This document shows positions 37,701 through 51,100 of a stretch of 64,000 bases of DNA, in pieces. The stretch lies in assembly GCA_050084515.1 (NCBI GenBank), contig CM114271.1, positions 23,064,001-23,128,000 of the forward strand, read 5' to 3'. A model generated the notes under the pieces. It searched no databases, had not been told where the DNA came from, and saw only the letters and a list, made by a program, of their open reading frames with translations. A program made the position numbers and the translations under genes. Source of the stretch: Blasia pusilla (Eukaryota). Every line of letters starts with the position of its first letter. Within the stretch, counting starts at the first letter, position 1.

Positions 37701-39139
37701 CTCTGTCAGTAGATATCCAGATGTACCCAGTAGAAGAAGCTTACATGAGCAATTGAACCTGGAGGTACATGTGACAATGGCCCATAGCAATTTACGGGCA
37801 TTCAAAATCTCATGGCTATCGCACAATAGAATAGGAGGCAAATGTTCTCGGCGAAATGAATGATCGCTATCTCCCCAAACTATTCATATAGGCCACATAT
37901 TGTTGAGAAACACTAAGTGAAGGTCATCCAAAGTGTCAAAAGGGCTAAAATTTTAGTTATGAAATGATGGTCTGAACGGTCAAGCCGAAAATGAGCAGCT
38001 ACCTCTTTGGAAGCCCTCAAATCCACCCAATGGTAGGTCCTTAAGGATACAAGTAGAGAATGTTAGAAATTTGGTCACAATGACTATGGATTAAAATTTT
38101 TAGTCAATGACAACCTAAACATGGACAAAAAGGTACTTCCCTAAATAATATTGATTTTGACTCATAATGGGCTAAATACATACATTGGCACATTAATGCA
38201 TGCTACTCCTTGTCAAAACTACGAACATAAAATTTTGTAATGAGGACTGAAAATTCTTAAGGTAGGAAGAATATTATGCATGTAAGTTCCACTTCAAATG
38301 TTAACGTTTGTGATGAGGATGACCTAATTTTTAAATGTGGGTAAATATAAAGTAGAGAAGTCCCTATCTAAGGGAATTTTGCATGTAAAAACTAATCAAT
38401 AAAAAAGGACATCAAATTTAATTTACCAATAACATTTGGAAATGTTTGAAGTCTTTGGACAATTGGTGGCAAGAGCAACCCTTCAAAATGGGCTAAAGCC
38501 CTCAATAGTGTGAGGAAAGATTTTTTTAATTTTCTACCTCAACTAAGAAGTTACCTAAAATTTTGAAATTTGCTCTTTCCTCGCGCAATGGCTATGGCAG
38601 CCTACAAAAACTTTCACAACTTCGCGCTTAGGGTTTGAAGTTATGCATCATTTCTTTGATAACGTGCATAGCTTCCCGATCTACAATATTGCCAAATTTA
38701 TTTCTCCATTCACCCTTTCCTCAAAAGTTGAAGGGGACAGTTATGCAGCCCATAATCCTCTTCTTCTACAAATTTTGTTGGGAGAAATCAGCGCGGAAGT
38801 GCTGATTTCTCCCAACAAAATTTCAAACCTTTAAAGATAGAAACCAGATAGCCACTTGGGCTCTTGAGAGCACCAACATAGAGCAATCCAGTCCCATACT
38901 TAATTGTTACCGGAAACTAGACAGCGGTTCCGCGTGTTTCTCTCTTATACAAGAAAACTATAAGGAAACAAGACCAAACGGACGGCTCTTGCTCCAATAA
39001 GGACTCCCATGAGCCATGAAGCCAGGAACACGATCCCCAACCTAAAAAAACAATTAGGCACCAACGAGCTCTCTCATTCTAGAGCTCTAAACTCTTCAAT
39101 CTCTCTTTGTAAATCAAGTAACATTCTCACAATGTCTCT

Positions 39140-39455
39140 TGTCACGTCTATTTGGATAGATCAACGAGATGTAGTAGAGCGCCTTAAGAGATATTGGAGG
39201 ACAGCCTCAAAAGATTGAGGATAATATGCTGAGGCCACGCGTAACCTGAGAGAGCAGATTTCCCCTTCGTTTAGGCTCATTTGGAGCCGTATTGAGAAAG
39301 TTACTACTTCGGGTAAGTGACCATTTTTTGTATAGTTGAGTTTCTACTTTGGGAAGTGGCCCTGGATCCGCTACACCTAGTCAAGAGCCAAGGAGATGGC
39401 CGACGAGCATAGGTTACCGTGGAGAGGGTTTGGGAGAGGAAAGGGGATATACCTC
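39140..39455 (+). repeat. Truncated LTR of the same family, followed by (GAGTA)n
   Basis: Starts TGTCACGTCTATTTGGATAGATC; similarity ends near 39455. Confidence 0.7.
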
Positions 39456-39695
39456 CATAAAAATAGAGTAGAGTAGAGTAGAGTAGAGTAGATTTTTAGT
39501 CCACGGGAAGCCAATCTCGCTTATGGGACCCCTTCCACATATATGATTGACATCGCAATAGACAGGTTCCTTCACATCTAGATTTGGTATTATCACTAAA
39601 GAGATTTGGTTTTTTTTTTGTTTTTTTAATTTTTTTATAAAGGCTACAATTTTTATCCAGATTTTTGACCTGGGAGCATAGTCAAGGCACACGCA

Positions 39696-40331
39696 TGTCA
39701 CATCTTTTAGGATAGATCGGCGAGATCTAGAAGAGCGCCTGCAGAGATACTGTAGGGCAGCCTGGGGAGGTCAAGGATGATCTATTGAGGCCATGGGTAA
39801 CTTGAGAGAGCAATTTTCCCTTCGGTTCGGCTCATTTGGAGCCAAATAGAGAAACTTACTATTTCAAATAAGTTTCCATTTGGAATATAGTTGACTTTCC
39901 ACTTTGGGAAGTTTCCCTTGACTCGCTACAACAGGTCAAGAGCCAAGGAGGTGACCTGCGAGCATAGGTTATCAAGGAGAGAGGTTGGGAGAGGGAAGGG
40001 AGTAAACCTCCAAGAGAGAGAGCTTGAGAGCTCATTCTCTCTTTGTTCAACCTCTTCGCATGAGGCGGCGGAGATATGATCTTGCTTGTCTTGTGTGTGT
40101 AACCCAAGCCTTTCATGAGGAGAGTGGGTTTGGTTTGACATAAGAGAGAGTGCACACCATGGAGAGTTTGGAGTGAGAGATGTGATGTGAGATCTACTTG
40201 ATTTATTGGAGATATTTTGTACCGCTCGTCTCGTTGAGAATATTCCATGAGTTAGCATGGGATCGTGCGTATTTGTCTGTATGTTCCGTGATAAAGATGT
40301 ATGTTGTATAGCGATGTGTATGCGTACGACA
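39696..40331 (+). mobile_element. Solo LTR of the same family
   Basis: TGTCACATCTTTTAGG...ACGACA; flanks CGCA/CACA could be a 4-bp TSD with one CpG transition. Confidence 0.8.
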
Positions 40332-40519
40332 CACATGAAAGGCACACAAGGTGCTCTCTCTCTCAAACATGGACCATCCATGCCCTAGGTAGGAGATGCC
40401 ACTACCTTTGGGTTGAGACCGACCCCCCCCCCCCCATCCTCTAAGGGCCTAGGAGATTTGAATCCAAGATCTCTTCAAGAAGACCTTATGTTTGTTTAGC
40501 TAACTTCTTGGTCATTTAC

Positions 40520-41165
<646 letters not shown>

Positions 41166-41167
41166 TT

Positions 41168-44100
41168 CACACTTGAGTAGCTGATAGGCCGAGATCTATC
41201 GTGGATAGGGCATAGGAGCCAACAAACTATCTTGAGTGTAACTTTGTCCCGCGGTGTCGGATGAGGTTGAGGATAGGTCTTTTGTGTCAAAAGTGTTGTT
41301 TTTGACAACTTTTCTATTGAGGTCTTTCACAGTCGGATGACTTATTGAGCAGGTCATCTATGCGCGCAATTACCAAGAGGATAGCTATTTTTAGGGAAAG
41401 AGCGTTTGGCTCCTCCTAACCCTATATAAGGGAGGAAGATGGCTTTCCCAAGCCATCTTTCTCATGTCGGGCCGTCGGAGCACCTCTCTTGTATGTGTGT
41501 GAGATAGGACTAGGGTGCTAGCCTCCGGATTCCTTGATAGTGTAGGGTGGACGAGGCTCAATATGCCGATGTAGATTGAGGAGTGGAGTTTTCTGGGTGT
41601 GCCATTTTTACTACTCTTTATTTTTACATCAAAAAGATGTTATGGAGCTGGGGGGATTTTTGTTTGCAGGTAAGCAAGCAAGTTGCCTCAGTCGGGAGCC
41701 CCTAGAGACGCGTGTGTTGCGGGTGTTGATCATTTTTTTGTTCGAAAGACCGTGCGTGGAAGCGTTGGTCATTTTTCCCTAATTTTTTTGGTAGTGGACT
41801 AGGGTATGGAAATATCGGTGTAGCAGCAAGGGCGCTCAAGGTGTAGTGCAAAATATAGTGTTGACGGGTGAGTGGTGCGGGTTAGGAATGAGAGAGAAGG
41901 ACAGCCTTTCAGGTCTTGCACTCGCCGGGGGTCTATCAAGTAAAGACAGCCAGGCTAGGTCGTAGCTGCCTAGGTTAGGGTTAGGGCACCTAGGCGTACA
42001 AATATCTAGTCGCCTACGCTGACCAGGGAGGTAGTTGGATAGAGGCACAAAGTGGCAAAATAAGTTGCAAATGGAGACAACCGTAGTTCGGAGCGGGCCA
42101 AAAGCCGCAAGATATCTAGACTTGCGGGCAGCAACGGAGCTACATAGGGCAGCAAGCCGTAGAGAGTAAATACGGAAGGGGTGGAGATAGCTCGGACAGA
42201 GTCACGCAACGGCTGAGAAGGCCGGAGAAGGAGTGGGGCTAGTTGGGGGAAAAGATAAGGTAGTAGGGGAGCCGTAGTTAGGGAGCCCCTCCCCCCCAGC
42301 AGTGTGGGAAACCCCCACTTTGGGCATATTAATTACGATAGGGATGCGGGCCCTTAAGGCCCCCTGCCCCATTTAGGGTAGGTCCATAATGGCCCATCGG
42401 GAAGTGTGCCAAGGGTCGGGCCCTCTTTTTCCACGTACGTAGTAGGAGAGGTAGGCAACGTTGTCGTGTCGAGAGCCTTTCTTCGAGTAAGGGCAGACCT
42501 TCTAACTACGGCAGACGTGGTTGATGCAAGGTGAACTCGGTAAGAAGTTCTACTTTTTCAATACAAAATTATTACGTATACTCTCCATTCTCTCACAACA
42601 GGTATCACAAATGGAAGTGCCGAGGCGATCACTTCTTCATAACATCGGATCCCAAAATTCCAAACTATAAAATCCTTATAAACTACTTTACGCTTGTAGA
42701 GGAGGAAGATAACACAACTAGTATTAAACCCTACTTGAGTAGGTCTATTGACGTCCATGGATTGTTATATAAGGACATACAAAATACAATCCCATATTCT
42801 TCCATATGTGACGATAGGAAGAATCACGGGAGTTGGAGATTGCATGACCTGGTTCATAGACGCCCCCCCAAAATGATAAACTAAATAGCGAGTGAACTAG
42901 TGTCTACCTACAAAGATTAACTTGATATAGTAAGGATTGAGGAAAGAAAAGTCGGGCACAACTCGTGCTCCATCCCTATCCATGATTGACATACATTCTC
43001 TACTCTCCTCAAGAATGGTTTTTAGCAAAATTATTCTCCTAAGAGGATTAATCCACTCTCATTGGGAAAATAACAAGTCAAAACATTCACTATTTTAGTA
43101 TGACTTAATTCCTGTAATGTGACAAGCCTCTCATCTCCACACACACCACACTCTAGAAATCTCTCGAAGGATAGACCATGGTCAAGGTACTCTCCTAAGA
43201 GGGGTGATCCACTCTCATTGGAAGAGCAAGCAACCCCAAAGCCATCCACTTAAGAGTGACACGAGAGACTCAAGATATGAAATAGAAAGTGATGAACCCT
43301 TGAAGGTCCCTCCTCTTTATATATCCACAAGGGATCCACAAGAGTACGAAATAGAGCTAATCTTATCTTGTGCCACATGGCTTCCTCTCAAGGCTTAGCT
43401 AATCATATTTTGACGCAAATAGATTTCCTCTTATCTCTTCCAAAATATTTTCTTTTATCCACTTGATATTTTCCAAATTTCCCTAACTAACCTAACCACC
43501 AACCAAGACTACTTTTGTTTTTTTATTAAAACACCTAGCTCACTACTTTACTTTTATAAAGTCATCTTTTATTTATTACCTCTTTTTCTAAAGTTGGGCC
43601 CGCATAAAAGATGCACTGTAAAGAGGTTTAAACATGGAAATTTCCTTTTCCTAAGCTAATTTACTTAATACTGATAAATTATTAGTATTAAGGCGCAGGT
43701 GACGTGATAGACTAGTATGGTTGCGTTTGGACGGGGTTGCGTTGAGGTTACGAGGCGCGTTTGGGGATGGGCGGAGAGATTTTTCAAGACATGATCTTTT
43801 CGGGTGTGGCTGGGATCTGCAAGGATTGTGATGGAGGCATACATGCCGATGCTGATGGGAGGTTTGACGTGTTGGTCGAGGAGAGTGTCGTGTTGCGGAG
43901 GTTGTCATATCACGTGGAGTGGATGTTGATAGTGCCGTAGGTTGGAGGGCGTGATCAAGTTATCCATTCGAGTCCCTTTTCCCACACTTATCTTATGTGA
44001 TTGAGAGTGTTGGATATTGGGTAGTTCCTTGGGCTAGATGGATGTAGCCATGGAGACAAGTGTAGCCTCCTTGCATGTATAGCATGTTTCTGGATATACG

Positions 44101-46600
44101 GAGGTTACTAAGTAGGGGTCACGTGTATGATCCGAGAGTATTAATGGCTTAGGTGAGTTAGTTGGGAGGCTTATGGTGAGCCCGAGTGTTGAGTGTGCGT
44201 GTTCGGGATTACCATTAGCATCGATGAACTAGAGAGGAGTGTGGGAGACTCTTGGTGAGTTTGAGTTCTAGAGCGGGTGAGACAAGGTTGTCATCACGGC
44301 GTCCTTCCAGGGTCCATAAGAACGGGATAGTGCAAGCAGTAGTAGTGGTGTGACACAAAGTGGAGTGAGATACCGAGGATTTACGAGTGAAGAGCTACCT
44401 TGATATCCATCCGTGGCTGGATCATCATCACTAGACACTAGGTTTGGTGACAAGATTGCAGACGGAGGCACTCTTACTTGGTAGGTGATGGACGACATGG
44501 GCCATCGAGGCATGCGTCCTTTCTCGGGTGCAGTGGGCACTATCAACTTAGATGATTTTATCCAAGAGTTTGACGCATGGTGCGACTTCCAGGAGATACG
44601 GACCCCCACATGGTTCAACCCTTTCATGGCATGGAAGGGGTTGTTCTAGCACTTGGAGGGTCCTCCGATGGATGACTACATGGAGTTCTTCCGACAGTTG
44701 GGGAAGAGCTTCTAGGGTGTATGCACCCACAAGCTGAAGAGTCTATAGGTTTTTTGAGCGACGATTGGGTGAGAGTTTGAGAGAGGCATTCACACCCATG
44801 AGGAGGCTGATCATTGCTATGTATGGAGTTACTAAGGCGCACTCAGTCCAATATTGGTACGGGGTTTTGGACCGAGAACTACGAAGAAGAGTCCAAATTG
44901 TGGTGTTGATTTACATAGCAAAGCCCACATTGAAGGTGGTCTTTGAGGTCGTGTGAGCGTATTGAGCTCAACATGAATGAGGAGCAAGTAGTGACCGCTG
45001 GATTTTCTCGAGAGTCGACGGGTCCACAAGCGATGGTGACCCCACAGGTGCCACAACAAACACCAGTACCACGAGAGGGGGCCAATGTGCCTAGAGAGCA
45101 GGCCGAGTACCGTGAGCCTATGAGGCAATGACCCGTATCTACATATGTTGCCCAGTAGGGACTGATGCTGTCTTGTTGGACGTGTGGAGAGGCCCATAGG
45201 TAGAGAGACTGCACGCAACATGGGAGATGACTACGAGCACCTCCGATTGCTCAAGAGCCACAGAGGATAGCCCGTCCACAATACTAGTGTGACTATTGCC
45301 ACTGATATGGTCACACTAGGGATAGATGTTTTGACCTTCGTCAAGAGGCACGTCTAGAGATAGGCCGAGGGTCTAGGGGCGGTCGTCTTGGAGGAGGTTG
45401 GGGAGTTATTCTTGGAGGTGGTGGTAGAAGACCACCACCAGCCAGAGGAGATGGAGCAGGAGGACGAGAGCCGACACGTCTCTCACGCATTGATCAGTTG
45501 GAACAGAGGATTGCTGCCATGACGATGATGCAGCTCAGGGAAGGCATAGAGCCACGAGCAGCTTGTGTGGCTCTAGCTTCTATCTCTTACCCTGACCCGG
45601 GTAAGGATCTCGCTAATATGGGATTTATGTGTATTGCAGCTCACGTTGAGGCTGCTGTAGTAGTGACTCGTGGTGTTGCAAGAGGCATTGAGCCATGGAT
45701 TTTAGACTTCGCGGGACCTCTGCCATTGACAGGGCATCATCATAGATACGTGTTGGTCATGGTGGAGCATTTCTCCAAGTGGATAGAGTTGGTGGCACTA
45801 CCGGAAAAGGCGAGCGAGGGAACAACTTATGCGTTTCTAGATTGTATGCTTAGTCACTTTGGTGCACCAGCCGAGGTGTTGACTGACCAGGGTATTGAGT
45901 TCAGGGGAGAGTTTCAGGCCTTGTGTGATCAGGCGCTCATAGATCACCGCACCAGGTCTAGAGATCATCCTAAGGCAGATGGGTTGGCGGAGAGAGTAGT
46001 ACAAACGGTGAAGAGGATTGCGCAAGTATGGCTTGCAGCGGGGACAGTTGAGGGAATGGGACCTACAGTTGCCATGGTTGGCTATGGGTTATCGTTTTAG
46101 TCGGTAGGCATCCTAGGCATCATTTTCACGTTTTTGCTCTTTGGAAGAGAGCCAGTTTTACTTGCAGCTATTCGACGTGACATGGCAAGGGTGTTAGATA
46201 TTGATGATCCAGATGTGTGGGTACAAGCGTGTTCTCAGAGGGCGGAGATTTTTCGTAGAGTTATGCCTATGGCCTTTGAGAACTTAGCTATTGCTCAGCA
46301 TAGAGATACATTGTGGCATATGTCATGTCTGACCCCCCCTCTTGATGTAGTTCCCACGGGATGATGGATGTGTCCGAGATGTGTATAGGGTAGTAGGTCA
46401 TGTCAAGGAGATGTGATATTTTCTATCTAGAGTTAGGGGGATCCAAGTGCTAGCTAGGGGGCCCGTTGTGTGATCTCCACGTATATGTATGAGTTAATTT
46501 TTGTACATGTGTGGATCTACTCGTGTATGGGGAAGATCGGTGTTGTGTGGTGTGCATGTGACCAGCCATGTATGTTGTGTAGCGATATGTATGCATACGA
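41168..46600 (+). mobile_element. Internally deleted Gypsy relative (LTR/leader, gag, integrase core, PHD remnant)
   Basis: 5' part similar to 62402-64000; gag remnants ~44500-45300; ORF 45498-46100 runs from gag-tail sequence directly into the integrase core; WHMSCLTPPL...WMCPRC remnant; AGCTAGGGGG at ~46452. Confidence 0.75.
42462..43692. mobile_element. Second, inverted and end-truncated copy of the 25973-27238 solo-LTR-like element
   Basis: Reverse-complement similarity along its length; ACGT precedes the intact end (42458-42461). Confidence 0.85.
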
Positions 46601-46604
46601 CAAC

Positions 46605-46820
46605 TTCCCCAAATGGAAAGTCAATTATATTCAAAACGATAACTTACCCCAAACAATAAGTTTTTCAATATGGCTCCAACTGAGTCAAAACGAAAGAGAA
46701 ACCTACTCTCTCAGGTTACCCGTGGCCTCAACATGTCATCCTCGACCTCTTGAGGCTATCCTCCAGTATCCCCGAAAGCGCTCTACTAGATCTCGTCGAT
46801 CTATCCTAAAAGACTTCACG
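46605..46820 (-). repeat. LTR fragment (DNMT/PHD family), reverse orientation
   Basis: Reverse complement of the TCTTTTAGGATAGATC... LTR start. Confidence 0.7.
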
Positions 46821-47257
46821 ATGGGCATCGACTTGTCCCCTTATAACCATAGAAATGTAGTGGACTATGAGGGAGAGATTTGACTCGTTCCTTACGGATT
46901 GCGTTCATCATCTCTACTTTGATTTTTTTATTGTAGACAACGAGTATCCATAAATTTGATGCGTATCCGGCTAATGGGTTTTTGGGTAGAAGGGTTGTAA
47001 GAGGCCCAATTAGTAGTAGTCATAGTTTTTGCGTTAGTTGCTGATATTCTATGGTCTTGGTGAGTTTGGTCCATAGGGAATGCCTACAAAAGAGGGATAC
47101 TTTTGAGTCCCTTTTGATTTTCCATACTAAGGTTCATCATCTCCAAAGCGATCGCTTTCATGGTTTGTTCTTGAGCGCTCCTCAGCGATATGTCCTTCCC
47201 GAGTCCCGAGACTCATTCGGGTCTGCTTGTTGGTTGGAGGAGATTATTCTTACCCAC

Positions 47258-47642
47258 TCGATGGGGCTGTCCTCATCTTTCTAGTTTGGATCGATGGAGT
47301 CGATGGTGCTGTCCTCATCCTTCTAGTCTGGATGCGCGGAGTGGAAGGTGCCGTTCTCGTCCGTCTAGTTTGGATCCATGGAGTCGATGTGCTGTTCTCA
47401 TCCTTCTAGTGTGGATGCGTGGAGTCGATGGTGCTGTTCTCATCCGTCTAGTTTGGATCCGAGGAGTCGATGGTGCTGTTCTCATCCTTCTGGTTTGGAT
47501 CCGTGGAGTCGATGGTGCTGTTCTCATCCGTCTAGTTTGGATCCGTAGAGTCGATGGAGCTGTTCTCATCCGTCTAGTTTGGATCCATGGAGTCGATGGA
47601 GCTGTTCTCATCTGTATAGTTTGGATCCATGGGGTCGATGGG
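47258..47642. repeat. 42-bp minisatellite, about 9 copies
   Basis: Unit approximately TCTAGTTTGGATCCGTGGAGTCGATGGTGCTGTTCTCATCCG. Confidence 0.92.
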
Positions 47643-48192
47643 TTGGTTACCGATATAGTTGGAACTCCCGAATAGGGAACTCCACCGAAGAGTGCCCTGT
47701 CTTTCGAGTTATGCGCGGGCGGTCGCATGATGAGAGAGGCGACAAACGACCTATGGGCTTCAAAGCATAGAGAAGCACAGATGTGTGACGCAATGCGAGC
47801 GGCGCTCGCCCGCATCGCAATCCAGAGGTGGTGGAAGAATGTTTGGGGTGCTGGTGCGGCCTGCCCGGTTCGCTTACTAATGCACGTTGGCCGGTGTAAA
47901 GTTGAATCGTCGGGTGGTAGATTCGAAACTCGATTGTGCGAAGCCGTGCGAAGAAAATTCTGCCAAGCAACTGCGAAAGTAGTCGGATCGGATTCACCGG
48001 CACTAGTCGCGTTCTTGTATACGAGGCGTCTTTACTGCAAGGGTCGATCGGCAGATGACGCAGACTGTAAACGAGCCATTCATGTTGGACATGATCACTG
48101 GGAAGGCGGCGGAAAAAGAGATTACATTGCTCGGGATTTGTCAGTTTTATTCTGATGAACAGCAGTGGAGACCGGCCTGTCATCGTACTCAA

Positions 48193-51100
48193 ATGGGAAA
48201 ACGCATGGATTGGTCTTCCGCGTCGCTGCAAATTCTTCTGCTTCTATGTGCCCTCAGCGTCAAATGCACGGCAGGGGGGAACACGAGCTGTAAGTCCCCG
48301 GCGACCTAGCCTAAACTGAAAGTTGTTATTTGTGCGTGACATTCAATTGGACTAGTGCTGATTCATGCTGATCAATCACACCTTTAAGCTTCTCCCATGG
48401 TCTGCTGCAACTAGATCAGAGCGTTCAAACGCGCGGGGATCCGCTGTGATCCAGTTCATCACGGTCGACTTTTACCTTCCTTCCAGCTCGTTGCCGAGTT
48501 TGGAACTTCGGTGCGTCCGAGTGGCTTTTAGGATGCTGAGTATAGCGTCGTGAGTTTCCATGGGCTGATCTCTAACTGAGATCGATATCTGTCGACTCTC
48601 ATCGACTTTCCAGTTGTAGTGAGTAAACTGTCATCAAAGTCTCATGAACTAGGATTTCAGTGGAGTTCCAATTCGACGCTCCCAGATTTATAGTATCTTC
48701 CTGTCCATTAGGCTTTATTGACTAGGCAGAGAGCATGATTCTCAATGAACTCGCCGATCAGACGGGACCTATCCGCTCTCGAGCATACGACCGGAGAAAC
48801 TGTGCCGAGCCGGATAGCCGCATGGAAAAAAGTCTGTTGCTAGTCATGTACGAATACGGTTCGCTAGCATCGCATGAGCTCCAGAGCAAACTACAGTGAT
48901 CGCTTAAGGCTACCTTATCTTAGTCGGTCATTAGAAAATACCATGGAATCATGAAAGGGGGTATCTCTGTATTGAAATACATTTAGTGATTGTTAACTAC
49001 TGAGGGTGGTATACAATCATTTTGAGCCTCCAATGGTGGGCAGGTCGTCGGTGTGCGAGTAAATTGTTAGGGAGTGGGCGTCCTTTGATTCCAGTTGGTA
49101 ATGCAAGTGCGGATACGCTGAGCCGGGGTGTGCACACTTAGTCTTCACATTTATGCACTCATTAACCCTCTCAAATTGGATCTGGCAGCGTTTCTGAGCA
49201 TCGATTGCGGTGGAACTGGAGCGTACACGGATGGTTTCGGAATCGATTGGATCCCGGATGATAAGTACATAAAGAGCGGCAAAACGATCACTGTAGGTCC
49301 GTTTCCGTTGCTCCGCTCCAACCAGCACAACAGAATTTTCCCAGACGGACGCAGCAAGCACTGCTACGTGTTGCCGCTGACCGTGGGAATCACGTATATG
49401 CTGCGAGTCACACTGCTGCACAACGGCGTCGCCGACATTCCTCTACCAGTCGACTTCAACGTCACCGTGAACAGCAATCCATGGTTCAAGTGGTCGCTTT
49501 CCCCATCAGCAGCGAATGTAATCAACAGACCTATTGTCTTTGACTCCGTATTCCTCAGCGAGTCAAATGAGGTCTATTTTTGCTTATTGAAGGGTACGCA
49601 AAGTATACCATACATTACGTCGATTGAGTTGCGGGAGCTGAATCCTGTCTCATACTCAGTGGTCCGAGAAGGCCAGTTCTTGGCTAATCTGTACCGACAC
49701 AACAATGGCCCCAATCAAGTCCTCACGCAGTAAGGCATTTCTACCCGTTGGCGTGCAATTTGTACCCCCGTGTTTTAATGATTGTTGAGTAATGGAAGCT
49801 GTAGGCAGTATTTGCGATCCCGATTCTGAGATCACACGGGATGATCTCAGAATTCGGCGGAATTTTTCATTAGGAAAATAGTACCGCAATCGACATTCCC
49901 CTGTCTTAAAATTCTCGACGTCCTTACTACGCCCGACCACCGGCGCAGAGGTAGTTGGCTCCTTAATCGTGATTGGGATTCCCTCATGACCTAGTGATTG
50001 GTTCCTTCGGGAGAATGTGTTCATTCGTGTTGAGATGCGAGATTTACTGAAGCCGGTTCTAGATCTGAGTCGTTGAAGTGGATGCATGTTTCAGGTTCCC
50101 AGACGATGACTTCGATCGCTACTGGTTTCCGGATACGCTTCGGATTCCCAAGTATGCGAGCTTGGTAAACGCATCTGCATTGCCGGATCCCCCTCCGAAT
50201 CCCGCGTTCGGGTATAACATGCCTCCAGCAAAAGTCATGATGGATGCATTCACTGCCCCAAAGATCGCCGATCGCTACAACTTCTTCACGGCCACAGACA
50301 GGGTGTTTGTGGCATTATACTTTCAGGAACTGCGGTCCAATTACTCGGCGGCTGACCCCCGCGGCGTTATCGTTACAATCGCGGACAATAATCCCTTCCT
50401 GTTCAACATCTCTGACAGTGTCCATCAGCTTACCGCCGACGTGTACAACACGACAGACGGTGGTGTGAACATCACCATCGAGAAGCAGGAATGGTCCTCG
50501 TACGATCCCATATTGAACGCGCTTGAGATCTATAGAGTTGCCGACATCAACTTGTCTGCGATCGACCCAGCAGACGGTAACAATGCCAAACCATCACATG
50601 TACTTCGTTCTATCAATTTCTTTCCCACGGGCCACGTGATCATGTAATCTATAGGCAACTATTTAAAGTAGCTCGATCGTCTCGCATTTCCGATGCCTCA
50701 GTTTCTCTACGACAGGTTCGTCCATGTATCATCTTCGATTCGAATTTGTTGTGCTGATTATCAATTTGAGAAAGCCGTCCGGCTTGGCTAGTCTTAAATT
50801 CAGCCTTGGTAAAAGATATATAGCCCCGAATTACACATCTACTATTCGGATGTTGGGGACTGTTGGAACGAATCTGCTGCTCAGGGGTGCTCAGAAACGT
50901 TGAGTCTGCGGAATCGTAAGAGTGATAACGCTTTCGAAGTCCTTGGCTTTCGCACAAGTTTTTCTTCAGAATTTTAGGTGGAACTTAACAGGGAAAGCGA
51001 ATCAAGGTAGTGGATGAGAGAACATTGCAGAGAGAAGTTCTAGTCAGGAATTGAAATTGATTCCTCTCTTGGGATAATCGTGTGCTGCTCAGTGACTCCA

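Noticed and set aside
35600-37800. Possible minus-strand gene remnants
   Set aside because: Short ORFs with no recognisable domain, and I could not build a consistent exon chain.
47190-47815. Repeat-protein ORFs on both strands
   Set aside because: Products of the 42-bp minisatellite, whose length is a multiple of three.
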